NCBI GenBank assembly: GCA_951406725.2
Contig: OX597816.1
Span: forward strand, 14,694,001 to 14,758,000
Direction: 5' to 3'
Origin: Octopus vulgaris
Taxonomy: Eukaryota
DNA length: 64,000 nucleotides
Shown: piece after piece, positions 51,794-64,000 of the stretch
Numbering within the stretch: position 1 is the first letter of the stretch
Layout of the letters: each line of letters opens with the position of its first letter
The notes under the pieces: generated by a model
What the model was told of the DNA's origin: nothing
Database searches by the model: none
Seen by the model: the letters and a program-made list of their open reading frames with translations, nothing else
Translations under genes and position numbers: made by a program

Positions 51794-51852
51794 TAGGCAC
51801 ACAGGATCTTTAAGAAAGTTGTCACAACTTACCTGAAGATCCTGTGTGCCTA
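51794..51852. other. 59-nt near-perfect hairpin
   Basis: TAGGCACACAGGATCTT...AAGATCCTGTGTGCCTA (17 bp perfect) plus inner AAGTTG/CAACTT. Confidence 0.7.
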
Positions 51853-52148
51853 AAAGACTGACTTGATTAAGATAAAATATAGTCGCCATGATAGATTGTT
51901 AGCCACTACACACATTTTTTTCTCTCCTTGTTTTTTTCTGTGTCCCTTTCAGAAGAAGAGCGTAGGCTCGAAATGTAAAAAACTTTTTCTATTCCTGAGC
52001 ATTATACTAGTACACCTGTTTGTTTTGTACACCACCTGTCTTCATCTTCTGTTTTTTTTCGTAAACTCTCCCTCATTACTAATCTTTACCCTGATAGTGA
52101 GTACTCTTATTTCTAATGGTTAGTACAAAATGAAAATATATGTATACA

Positions 52149-52262
52149 CAGGTGAGAGTGCTGAAAAGTTCCTGGCTTTGGATAAAAGAAAATACAGGAG
52201 GATCAGTTAATTATGATTTTATTCAACATATTCACCTGTCAGATTTACACACTTATTGCAGC
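52149..52262 (-). mobile_element. Mariner right-end remnant (irritans-like)
   Basis: Minus [13 protein letters not shown] followed by TIR-like gctgaaaagttcctggcttt. Confidence 0.6.
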
Positions 52263-52375
52263 AGACAGACAGATAAATAAATAAATGGATGAAAAAGTTC
52301 AAAATTGAAAATTGGGAGAGAGGGTGAAATTTGAATAATAATAAGAATTAATGAAAGAAAGGAAGAACCATTTAC

Positions 52376-52463
52376 CTTTGTGTTTAGAATCATAATACAC
52401 TGGTCAAAATGATGATGTTCTAATGTAGAGGTAGAATAGAGCTGGGCCAAAGGCGTCATGGCT
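52376..52463 (-). CDS. Pde11: PDE11-like exon ([29 protein letters not shown])
   Basis: ttttctctag / gtaaat, 88 nt, phase 2-0; PLAQLY..S..EHHH motif. Confidence 0.95.
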
Positions 52464-52764
52464 CTAGAGAAAATAAAAAAAGATACAAAAATAAAAAAAT
52501 TGTAGATTTAAAATCCTTTTAGACACAGGAGACCCATTGGTCATCCACCCTTCAAACCCACTCAATTTTTATAGTTGCAGTGCGCCTCCTCATTCCCCTT
52601 ATTGTCTGCTCTTCAAACAATCTTATCAAATGCTCCACCACTTACCCATGTACACATGAAAACCTTGGAACTAGTAACCCTCTTTGACGATGGAATTGGT
52701 AATTACCAATATCTTCTATTAAGGATCTTCCTCAATTCTTCCTCTCTGGAGATGGAATATTCCT

Positions 52765-52938
52765 TACTTCTTTTATTTGTTTCAGTCATTTGACTGTGGC
52801 CATGCTGGAGCACCACCTTTAGTTGAGCAAATCGAGCCCAGGGCTTATTCTTTGTAAGCCTAGTACTTATTCTATTGGTCTCATTTGCCGAACTGCTAAG
52901 TTACAAGGACGTAAACATGAACAAGCACAGACACACAA

Positions 52939-52973
<35 letters not shown>

Positions 52974-53170
52974 CATACATACATAGATACATACATACAT
53001 ATATATGACGAGCTTCTTTCAGTTTCCATCTACCAAATCCACTCACAAGGTTTTGGTCGGCCCAAGACTATACTAGAAGACACTTGCTCAAAGTGCCATG
53101 CAGTGGGACTGAACCCAGAACCATGTGGTTGGTAAGCAAGCCACTAAACACACAGCCATTCCTGTGCCTA
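52765..53170 (-). mobile_element. SINE family A
   Basis: Close match to other family A copies. Confidence 0.85.
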
Positions 53171-53338
53171 TTATATGGAAAGCTTATCTATGTTTGCTGA
53201 GAAATGCACTATACATACAGGTGTTCTAGAAACAGTTGTAAGAGACTATTTGCACACCTTCTTACTCTTTTCTTTATATAATACATTCAGCTCCAACAAC
53301 TTAATTGTAACAACCTTACAATTATGTTACAATTGTGT

Positions 53339-54798
53339 TTTACCTTTTAGCATTCAGATTACTCTGTCAAATGAAATACATTTTCACTCAAATTGTTTTG
53401 AATAAACTCTTTTGATACCAACCCGGCTGAAACCAGCTCTGGCTCTGAGTATAAATATCTTGTTTTCATAAGTTTTGAATTAAAATCTTCCACCAAACCT
53501 TAGTTACAATTTATGTTCCGAACACTAACTTAACACTTTTGTTACCGTATCTATTTTTATATGTTTTGTGTTTCTTGCAATTAATTTTGAATATAACAAA
53601 GAATTTAGTAAAATAACTTAGTCATCAATCAGCTAGTGTTAGGAACATAAATTGTGACTAAGGTTTGGTGGAAAATTTTAATTCAAAACTTATGAAAACA
53701 AGACATTTGTACTCAGAGCCAGAGCCAGTTTCAGCCAGGTTGGTAATGAAAGGGTGAATGATGACTAAGTTATTTTACTAAATTCTTTATTATATTTAAA
53801 ATTAATTGAAAGAAACACAGAGCATCTCAAAAGAAATATGGTAACAAAAGGGTTAAATTTGGAGAGAAAGAGAGAATAAGGTGAGCCTTCACCCTTTTGA
53901 TACCAACCCAGCTGAAACCACCTCTGGCTCTGTAGTACAAATGTCTTGATTTCAAAAGTTCTGAATTAAAATCTTCCACCAAACCTTAGGCACAATTTAT
54001 GTTCCTAACACAAACGTAATGATAACTAAGTTACTAAATTCTTTGTTATATTTAAAGAAATTGAAAGAAACACAGAGCATCCCAGAATAAATACAGTAAT
54101 GAAAGGGTTAATCAAGCATTATCTTACAGCTTTGAGATTTCAATGATGTGATTGTTTATTTATCGAATGTCAATGTAGGTTAGGTATGAGAGACTAGATA
54201 TGGCTAAACATTCGAGCGAGGTCATTGCCAGTGCTGCTGGACTGACTCCTGTGCAGGTGGCACGTTAAAAAACACCTTTTTTGAGCGTGGCCATTACCAA
54301 TACCGCTTGACTGGCCCTCGTGCCAGTGGCACTTTAAAATCACCCGCTACACTCTCAGAGCGGTTGGCATTAGGAAGAGCATCCAGCTGTAGAATCTCTG
54401 CTAGATCAAGATTGGAGCCTGGTGCAGCCATCTGGTTCACCAGTCAAATCGTCCAACCCATGCTAGCATGGAAAGCGGACATTAAACGATGATGATGATG
54501 ATGATAATAGGGTTGATGACAATGGTGATGATAATGATGGTACCCTTGTGACAAATAAAGAAATTATCATCATTATTATTGCCTGTACCGCCTGACTGGC
54601 CCCTGTGCCAGTGGCACGTAAAAGCACCCACTACACTCTTGGAGTGGTTGGCATCAGGAAGAGCATCCAGTCCTCAGTCAAATCATCCAACCCATGCTAG
54701 CATGGAAAGCAGACGTTAAACGATGATGATGATGATGATGATGACGATGATGAATATCTGGGCCCCGGATATAGTCAGTTTAAACACTAAAGAGTTAA
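53339..54798. mobile_element. Nested cluster: piggyBac-type MITE G containing three MITE F copies and two RTE 3' ends
   Basis: G pieces match the reverse complement of 60142-60370; F at 53402-53856 with inverted F at 53530-53758 in its TTAA; F at 53888-54111; RTE at 54208-54505 and 54583-54752. Confidence 0.75.
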
Positions 54799-54873
54799 AT
54801 TATAAATTCCATGCTTTAAACTGATACCCACCATTTGTTTGCTCATTCATTCTGTCTTTCTGCTGTACATATA

Positions 54874-55094
54874 TGTTTCTTTATTACCCACAAGGGGCTA
54901 AACATAGAGGGGACAAACAAGGACAGACAGACGAATTAAGTTGATTACATCAACCCCAGTGCGTAACTGGTGCTTAATTTATCGACCCCGAGAGAATGAA
55001 AGGTAAAGTCGATCTCGGCGGAATTTGAACTCCAAATGTAACGGCAGACGAAATACGGCTATGCATTTCGCCCAGCGTGCTAACGATTCTGCCT
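54874..55094 (-). mobile_element. SINE family B with 19-bp TSD
   Basis: TSD tctttctgctgtacatata at 54855-54873 and 55095-55113. Confidence 0.88.
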
Positions 55095-55703
55095 TCTTTC
55101 TGCTGTACATATACCCACTCATGGATAATAATCCGTAGCCATTCATTGCTTACCACTTTTTTGGTATAAGTTGCAGTTCAAGTTGGGAGTTTTAAGTAGC
55201 AACCCAAGCTGAGCACTTACTTTATCTGCCTATTACGTTACGTCATTAGATGCAACTTTATCCGTATCCCTGTATCGTGTGTTTTATTGCTTTACAACAG
55301 AAGAACCGTTTAAGAGTTTGTGTGGATGAGCCGAGTGTAGGAGATAAAAAGATAGGATGTCATGGCTGGAATGCCTTCAATCATATTTCTGACTGGGAGC
55401 TAAACAACAACAGAACCTAATGTCATAACACCGCCTTGCTGATCACTATCATCATCGTCATCATCATCATCATCGTCATCATCATCGTCGTCATCGTCAT
55501 CATCATCATCATCATCATCGTCGTCGTTGTCGTCATCGTCATCATCATGCCGTGTATTCCTTATTGTTTCAGTTCAGTTTAGGTATCAATGACTCTAATC
55601 ACATCAGTATTAATTACACAGATATACGATTCATTGCCAGGGTGTTATTAACAAGATGTGACAGGCAGACAGCACTAATGGCTGTGAGGGCGCAATGATA
55701 TAC

Positions 55704-56240
55704 TTGATGATGATGATGATGATGATGATTATGGTGGTTGTGATGATTATGGTGGTGATGACTATGGTGGGGATGATGATGATAGTGCTGCACTGTTTGT
55801 AGCGGTGATGGAGGTGGTGATGATGATGATGGTAGTGATGATGATGATGATGGTAGAGGTGATGGTGGTGGTGATGATAGTAGAGGTGGCAGTGATGATG
55901 ATGACGATAGTAGAGGTGGTGGTGGTGGTGATGGTGATGGTGATGGTAGAGGTGATGGTGGTGGTGATGATGATGACGACGGTAGAGGTGTTGGTAGAGG
56001 TGGTGGTGGTAATGATGGTAGTGATGATGATGATGATGATGGTAGAGGTGGTGATGGTGATGGGAGATGATGATGATGATGAGGGTGATGGTGGTGGTGA
56101 TGATGATGACGATGGTAGAGGTGTTGGTAGAGGTGGTGATGGTAGAGATGATGATGATGATAGTAGAGGTGATGGTGGTGGTGATGACGACAGTAGAGGT
56201 GTTCATAGAGGTGATGGTGGTGGTGATGATGATGATGAAG
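55704..56240. repeat. Compound (GAT)/(GGT) trinucleotide tract
   Basis: Seen directly. Confidence 0.95.
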
Positions 56241-56792
56241 CCACCAGTTAGCCATAGTGGTGATGACGAAGGGGAAGATGACAATGGTGAAATAACAATA
56301 CCTGCAAAAGATAACTGACACCAAAGACATCGTCACGGCTGAGTGAACAAACTTTATGCAAACCAAAATGAAAACCTCTTCTGTCCATTTTTTTTTTTAT
56401 CTGTCATCTTTTACTTGTGTAGGTGACGAAAGTGTGGTCATGCTGGGGCACTGCTTTGAATAACTTTTAGCTGAATGACTCAGCCCGAGTATTTGTCTTT
56501 TATTATTATTATTATTATTATTACTATTAAAGCCAGGTACTTATTCTATCGATCGCTTTTTGCCAAACTGTAAAGTTACAGGGAGGTAAACACACCAACA
56601 CTGGTTGCCAAGTGGTGATGGGAGACAAACACAGACACAATGACACACACACATAGGTGTGTGTACATATATATATATATATATGTGTATATGTAAATAT
56701 ATACATATGTATATATGTATGTATGTGTCCGTTGCCAGCCTCGCCTGGCCCTTGTATTGGCACATAAAAGCACCATGTGTGTGTGTGCCAGC

Positions 56793-56836
<44 letters not shown>

Positions 56837-56977
56837 GTTAGGAAGGGCATCCAGCCGTAGAAACACTGCCAGATCTGACTGGGCCTGATGAAGCCTTCCA
56901 GCTTCACAGACCCCAGTTGACCCGTCCAACCCATACTAGCATGGAAAACGGACGCTAAATGATGATGATGATGATGA

Positions 56978-57029
<52 letters not shown>

Positions 57030-57033
<4 letters not shown>

Positions 57034-57215
57034 ACCCAAACAAGAAAACACAGAAAAAAACACAGCAACGCGAGGACGTGGAACAATTAAAGTATTATTT
57101 GATGCTCAGGAAAGAAGGAAAGAAGGAGGGTTTAACGTTTCGAGCGGAGCTCTTCGTTGGAAACAAAGGAGAAGGAAAGATCCCGAGAAGGGAAGACAGA
57201 GGAAAAAAATTTTTT
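57030..57215 (-). mobile_element. Penelope-like remnant with degenerate minimal hammerhead
   Basis: Minus GTTT CCAACGA A GAGC TCC GCTC GAAAC GTT AAAC at 57130-57164; related to 51946-51981. Confidence 0.5.
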
Positions 57216-58161
57216 TGCTGGTGGTGCTCATATATATATCTATAACTCCAAGAAAGTTAGACCACCTATTGATCCCCTCCATTTTCTTATTGCTATATAT
57301 ATATATATATATATATATGATGGGCTTCTTTCAGTTTCCATCTACTGAATCCACTCTCAAGGCTTTAGTCAGCTCACAGCTAGAGTTGAAGACAGTTGCC
57401 CACGATGCCATGTAGTGGGACTGAACCTGGAACCATGTGGTTGGGAAGCAAACTTACCAACAGTCACACCTAGAATTTCAGTCATTTAATCAAATGTACC
57501 ACCTACTAGTTAAATTAATAGGTAAGTGGCTGAATATTCCACTGGCATCCTTGACTCTCATACCTCTAATTCAATTTTCAGGTATATTAGTGTCATAGAG
57601 TCACAGGTTCAATCCATTCAATGAGCACCTATACAGTTACCATTTTCCCAATTTCATAGGAGAGTTAGGATGTACTGATGTGCAAATTATAATATGAGGG
57701 ACAGGAAATAAACTAAACTCTATATAAATCATATTGTTACATTTGGGGACGGTCATTTTGCCAATAAACACACACTATCTATTTGATCTTCACATTAGCT
57801 TTATTATTATTGAGTGAGGGAGAAATGCATACCATCAAAGTGACACTAGGGTACACATATACAGAGCCCAATATATCCATCATGACTACCTGCCTGATAA
57901 GGGTACACTAGGCACATGCATCACAACCATATGTGCATGACATGGGGACCTCATATCAAGATAAATAGTGCATGACCTTGCAGGTGGGACCCAGTTACAA
58001 TTTTCCTGCTCAATAAATCCCTAAATAAGGATGGTTTAAGGATGTTGAATGAAACACCCATATTTCCAGAGGTGAATTATTCAAACCCCAAAGAATTCCT
58101 CTTACTATATGGCTATAATGCCCTGCCACTATTTCTGCTAGTAATCTGAGATATACATATC

Positions 58162-58368
58162 TATTGCTTTACTACCCACAAGGGGCTAGACACAGAGGGG
58201 ACAACAAGGACAGACAAATGGATTAAGTCGATTATATCACCTCCAGTGCGTAACTGGTACTTATTTAATCTACACTGAAAGGATGAAAGGCAAAGTCGAC
58301 CTCGGCGGAATTTGAACTTAGAACATAGCGGCAGACGAAATACTGCTAAGCATTTGGCCCGGTGTGCT
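58162..58368 (-). mobile_element. SINE family B with 17-bp TSD
   Basis: TSD tctgagatatacatatc at 58145-58161 and 58369-58385. Confidence 0.85.
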
Positions 58369-58928
58369 TCTGAGATATACATATCGTCAGCCACTAAGTG
58401 AAATGCTTAACTGATTATGGTCAAACAACTGACAAGCATATCTGTGGTATTGAGCAGAATATTTGCTGCAGTTCACCTTTTATACCATGCTGGCATGGGT
58501 TGGATGGTTTGACTAGGGCTGGTAAGCTGGAAGGCTGCACCAGACTCCAGTCTGATTTGGCATGGTTTTCTACAGCTGGGTGCCTTTCTGAAAGTCAACC
58601 ACTCTGAGAGTGTGCTGGGTGCTTTTACGTACCACTGGCACAGGTGCCATTTGTGTGACACCAGTATCTGCCACGATTGTGATTTTGCTCAGCTTCTTCT
58701 CAAGCATGACATAATGCCAAAGGTCTCGGTCATTGCCTCCATGATTGTTTTGAATTAATCAGGAATTATCTTCTAGCCTTGAGATTTCAATTATACAGCT
58801 GTATATTTTTTTAATTAACATTGTTGGGCAGGTGTGAGAGGCTGGATCTGACCAGCTTGAACATAAAACAGGTAGAATATTTCAGCTGGATATGGCTGGT
58901 TTAAATGTTAAAGGGTTAAACATTTGTA

Positions 58929-59310
58929 TAAGTAGCTTGCTCACGAACCACATGGTTCCGGGTTCAGTCCCACTGCATGGCACCTTGGGCACGTGTCTTC
59001 TACCATAGCCTCGGGCCGACCAAAGCCTTGTGAGTGGATTTGGTAGACGGAAACTGAAAGAAGCGCATCGTATAAATGTATATGTGTGCATGTGTGTGTG
59101 TATGCTTGCCCCCCACCCCCACCCCAACATCGCTTGACAATCGATGCTGATGTTTGTGTCCCCGTAACTTAGCGTTTCGGCAAAAGTGACCGATAGAATA
59201 AGTACTAGGCTAACAAAAGAATAAGTCCTGGGGTCGATTTGCTCGACTAAAGGCGGTGCTCCAGCATGGCCACAGTCATATGACTGAAACAAGTAAAAGA
59301 GTAAAAGAGT
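58929..59310 (+). mobile_element. SINE family A
   Basis: Close match to other copies, slightly 5'-truncated. Confidence 0.85.
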
Positions 59311-60141
59311 TGTCACAGATTTGTGTTTCTTAAAGTTTTCGGAAACACAAAGCAAAATGCCTCTGGTTGGTCAGACTGTCCTGCATGTTTGTGTATGGGG
59401 TAGAAAGGGCTCCTTAGCCATAGTGAAGGCAATCTATCTAGGGAGATAACCTTACAATAAATCACTGGGTCCGTAGCTTAGAAATACTGGGTTGACGTCC
59501 AGCGGGAACAGCTTTGTTTCATGGAGGAGGAAAGATCTTCTTTAGTACTTGGTTGTACAATGCTTTCCAATGTGTGTAGTAGTGGCGCGCGCACACATTA
59601 TTAGCCATTTGAAAAGACTATGAAAGTCTCGACCACGGTCGAACAATGATGAATGATGATGATGGCTCATAAACTCAGAGTGAAGTATCAAAATAATTAG
59701 ATTTCTTTCATGCCTTTGTTTTGTTTGTTTTTTTTTTTTCCTATTAATATACACAGATGTCGTTACTGTAAGTTGATGTTGATTAATGAATTCTTGTTGG
59801 CAGGTAGAACATGCAAGCATTGTTTCTGTATGATATCGAGTTTACCGTTTAAGAGTTTAAACAAGTGTCACTGGGGAACAGTTTGTAACTTAAAACTCAT
59901 ACAAGATGGGGTTGTGTTTGTGATGAAGACACTTTTTAAGTGACCCTGTCTAATGTGGTTCAAACAAGTACCTCCACAAAGAGTGCTTTAACCCTGCCAT
60001 GCCGTGTTCCCACTAGAGTGAGAAGAGCTTCAATGTCACCTCTGACAGATTCACACTGAAATGGTAATGAATAGCATATATAGAAAAAGAAACTAAAATA
60101 CTAAAATTAGACAAGGGGTCACTTGTGTTTATGACTCATTG

Positions 60142-60370
60142 TTAACCCTTTAGCATTTAAACCCGCCATATCAGGCCAAAAGTATTCTGCCTGTTCTATG
60201 TTCAAACTAGCCCTATCTGATCTCTCACACCAACCCTACAATATTGTTTTAAAAATTAACAGCTACCTCATCAAAATCTCATAACTACGAGATAATGCAT
60301 GATTAGTTCAAAACAATGTGGATAAAAAAGCATTAATTTTGGCAGAATAATGCGAACACTAAAGGGTTAA
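60142..60370. mobile_element. piggyBac-type (TTAA) MITE, family G, intact
   Basis: ttaaccctttag ... ctaaagggttaa termini. Confidence 0.8.
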
Positions 60371-61045
60371 TGATGTCCCCCATGGCTTTTTTTTTACTTC
60401 TGTTTTAAACTGGAAAAAAAAATTAATTTTGCAATAAAATAAATGTGTGATGAACCCAGCACTTTGTCTTATAAATGAGCAATGCCTAGACTCATTGCAG
60501 CTGAGGAAATTATTGATAATATTTAATCTTCGGATGAAGAGTTTACCATTACACCAGGCGTCGGCAACCTGTGGCTCACGGTGCCTTCTCCAGATTTCCA
60601 TTAGGTGCGACCTGCGAGACATTTCCCATATGCCTCTTGTGTATACATCCTAGAATGTATAAACAAGAGGCACATAGTTGATCGCCTCATGTTTATATAT
60701 TTAAATCTAAGGTGTCCCTATTGAAAACGATTTCACCTTGCGAGTAAAAGTTATTTATTTGCTAAACCAAAATCAGAAACCAATTGGTCCAGGAAACTAG
60801 ATGGTAAAATGTCTTTATTTTTTCATTTCATTCCTGTCGAATTTTATCCCTAATTTTGTGGTTATAGAATCTAGCTGTTCTTTCTAGCGTGTTGAATCCC
60901 ACAAGTGGATTCCTTATGTGTTTAAATGTACACTGTATTTTATGACTAATACATAGTCTTTGGACTAAATTTTTACACACTAGGCCACTGTAAATGAAAA
61001 TTTCTATTAATTTCCATTTACCTTTGATATGATTAAATATATATA

Positions 61046-61443
61046 TCTTTATATATAAAAGAGAGGTTGTGTGTCTGTCTCCTACGATTTAGATTCCTAA
61101 CTACTCCCACATTTTGCGGTGCAGTTTAACCAAAACCGGGTATCTTATAGTCATGATTCATATCGAGCCCTTCTGGGTATTAGCGTGCGTCTACGATGAG
61201 TCTATGATTAAAAAAAAAAATTACCATAATTTTTTTCCGTTTTAATGCATTTTTTCGATATTATATAAGGGAAGTAACTCTCTAAAAATGTCTACGATGA
61301 GTCAACGATTTAAAAAAAAATTTACCATTATTTATTTTCCATTTTTAATGCATTTTTTTGCTATTTTTTGGCTATAACTCTCTAAAAATGCTTATATAGT
61401 TATTTCCCTTACAAACCCGAGCAACGCCGGGCGATACTGCTGG
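61046..61443 (+). mobile_element. Non-autonomous Helitron
   Basis: A|TC start, subterminal hairpin cccgagcaacgccggg, CTGG|T end (CTRR), no TSD. Confidence 0.75.
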
Positions 61444-61673
61444 TATATATATATAGATATATATATAATATATATTACACACACACACACAGTCATACAT
61501 AGACATATACACTACAAATATATACCTAGATATAAAGATATACATATACACACACACACATTCATATATACACATAGATGCAAGTAGTCCACCACCTTGG
61601 CTGTCTGTTTGTATAAATACGATCTCATATTTAGAGAGAGAAAGCGTAGTAATGGAATAAACATCGGACTCAC

Positions 61674-61783
61674 TTGATCTGGAACTGATTGTTCTGTCCT
61701 CGGTGATCCAAGTCGTGACACAGTGTGGCTACAATTAAAGCAATTTGTTCAGAGGGAGTAAGAATGTTGCCCATTTCACCTGT
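61674..61783 (-). CDS. Pde11: PDE11-like exon (TGEMGNILTPSEQIALIVATLCHDLDHRGQNNQFQIK); gene continues beyond the right edge
   Basis: tttttgtgtttag / gtgagt, 110 nt, phase 0-2; class I PDE signature HDxxHxGxxN. Confidence 0.95.
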
Positions 61784-62096
61784 CTAAACACAAAAAACAG
61801 AAAAAACTGTCACTGAACATCACATATAAAAAGGATTGTTTTCTTATAATTACTTTATACTTTAATGAAATAATGATTTTCCTGTCCATTGCCTCCAGGC
61901 AGGAGACATTACACTGTGTTACCTTATTGTTCTCTAATGTTGGAAATAAATATGGGCTTCTGCTGTTTCACAATTGATTGTTCAGTAGAAGGAAGTGCAT
62001 CCTACTTTAAAGTATCTCTGCTACAATGATATGCGACTGCCTAGCTGCTTTTCTGTCTGCGTTAGCTATTATGGTGGGATGGATATAAAACAGTAT

Positions 62097-62713
62097 GATT
62101 AGCCCCTTAGCGTTCACATTACTCTGTCAAATGTAACGGATATTGTATGAATATTGTTTGGATTAAGCCTGCATGATTTAATTACTCTTTTACTCTTTTA
62201 CTTGTTTCAGTCATTTGACTGTGGCCATGCTGGAGCACCGCCTTTAGTTGAGCAAATCGACCCCGGGACTTATTCTTTGTAAGCCCAGTACTTATTCTAT
62301 CGGGCTCTTTTGCCGAACCGCTAAGTGACGGGGATGTAAACACACCAACATCAGTTGTCAAGCAATGCTAGAGGGACAAACACAGACACACAAACACATA
62401 CATATATATATATATATATACATATATACGACAGGCTTTTTTCAGTTTCCGTCTACCAAATCCACTCACAAGGCATTGGTCGGCCCGGGGTTATAGCAGA
62501 AGACACTTGCCGAAGATGCCACGCAGTGGGACTGAACCCGGAACCATGTGGTTGGTTAGCAAGCTACTTACCACACAGCCACTCCTCCGCCTAATTGTTT
62601 ATTTTTTGAATGACATTGTTGTTGAGTGTGAGAGGCAGGATCAGCCAGTTTAAACCATAAAACAGATCCAATAGCTGAGCTGGGTATGGCTGGTTTAAAT
62701 ACTGAAAGGTTAA
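62097..62713. mobile_element. MITE G interrupted by a full-length SINE A (62183-62593, minus)
   Basis: G halves flank a complete SINE A. Confidence 0.75.
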
Positions 62714-63119
62714 TGAAATAATCTGCTTTTAATAATGGGACACTAAACAGATAAAGATATGAATAACAGTGTGTTAGGCATATCTTTATCTGCTAAAAAT
62801 GGGTAAAGAACTGTTTTTCTAAGGCCTTCCGAACTGCTATGTTACAGGGATGTAAACAAACCAACAATGGTTATCAAGTGATGGTGGTGGAACACAAACA
62901 CAGACACAAAGACACACACACATACACACACATTTGATGGGCTTATTTCAGTTTCTGTCTACTAAATCCAGTTATAAGGCTTTGGTGAGACCAAGGCTAT
63001 AGTAGAAGGCACTTGTCCAAGGTGCAATGCAGTGGAACTGAACCGAGAACCATGTGGTTGGAAAGCAAACTTCTGACTACACAGCCATTGTGCCTTTGGA
63101 TAGACAAAGCTTTCGTGCG

Positions 63120-63560
63120 TACCATCCGAGCACCATCCAAGCGTGATCGTTCTCAGAGCAGTTAACTGGCTTCAGTGCCAACGGTACATAAAAAGCACCA
63201 TCGAGTGTGATCGTTACCAGTGTCACCTTACTGGCACTTGTGCTGGTGGCACATGAATAAAAGCATTCAAGCGAGGTCATTGCTAGTGCTGCTGGACTGG
63301 CTCCTGTGCAGGTGGCACGTAAAAAACACCATTTGAGCATGGCCATTGCCAGTACTGCCTGACTGGCCCTCGTGCCAGTGGCACATAAAAGTACCCACTA
63401 CACTCTCGGAGTGGTTGGCATTAGGAAGGGCATCCAGCTGTAGAAACATTGCCAGATCAGATTGGAGCCTGGTGCAAAAATCTGGTTCGCCAGACCTCAG
63501 TCAAATCGTCCAACCCATGCCAGCATGGAAAGCGGACATTAAACGATGATGATGATGATG
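63120..63560 (+). mobile_element. RTE LINE 3' UTR remnant
   Basis: Hairpin modules, family body, (GAT)n tail. Confidence 0.8.
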
Positions 63561-63801
63561 TGGAACTGAACATCTTTGATGAAGATAAAAGTAAATGGAA
63601 TTTCTAACAGCAGTGTATCTCTATGTGGTTGTTTGATATGCAAGAAATAACAGCTAAACATTCTTCAATACAGGCAGCAGTGGTTTGGAAAAAAGATACA
63701 TTGGGAAATTTGATCCAAAGTTTACTATGCCTAGGAAATTAATATGATAGGTTGGTCATGGCTAGAACCAAAAAGAAAAAAATATATACTAACTAATAAT
63801 T

Positions 63802-64000
63802 GTGGAGGCACATGGCCTAGTGGTTAGAGTAGTGGACTCATGGTCGAGGGATTGCGGGTTCGAATCTCAGACCGGGTGATGTGTGTGTTTATGAGTGAAA
63901 CACCTAAGCTCCACACAGCTCCGGCAGAAGGTAATGGCGAACTTCTGACTCTTTCGCCACAACTTTCTGTCACTCTTTCCTCCTGCATCTTGCTGCTCAC
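63802..64000 (+). mobile_element. SINE family D (tail type 2), cut by the window end
   Basis: Matches 7827-8085. Confidence 0.8.

Noticed and set aside
55614-56366. 250-aa His/Pro/Ser-rich ORF
   Set aside because: Trinucleotide repeat open in several frames, inside a PDE intron, with no exon evidence.
60628-60676. 18-bp hairpin as a miRNA candidate
   Set aside because: Follows a hAT-like terminus at ~60556; probably internal to a DNA transposon remnant.
61779-61783. Alternative acceptor 4 nt inside the exon (acag|GTG)
   Set aside because: Would change the entry phase; the 110-nt form fits the PDE5/11 alignment.

Overview
AT-rich, repeat-dense animal DNA; the SINE/RTE repertoire and microsatellite load suggest an octopus genome (inference). 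The main gene is the 3' part of a PDE11-like cyclic nucleotide phosphodiesterase on the minus strand: 8 GT-AG exons between 61783 and 26874 that splice in phase into 237 aa plus stop. Its 5' part lies beyond the right edge. A probable 28-nt first coding exon of a second minus-strand gene sits at 314-341. The rest is mostly transposon-derived: tRNA-headed SINE families (called A, B, D, E here), CR1 and RTE LINE remnants, mariner, Tc2/pogo, hAT, piggyBac-type and Helitron non-autonomous elements, a SINE-derived 154-bp tandem array and simple repeats. The most notable observation is a recurrent Penelope-like system. It comprises a ~600-bp palindromic element whose arms carry a tRNA-like Pol III head and a minimal hammerhead ribozyme motif, with fixed termini, a 36-nt tail and a TSD, plus further hammerhead motifs and a decayed Penelope GIY-YIG ORF fragment. 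Family assignments and folds were read by eye, repeat boundaries are approximate, and most ORFs in the supplied track are microsatellite or repeat artefacts.
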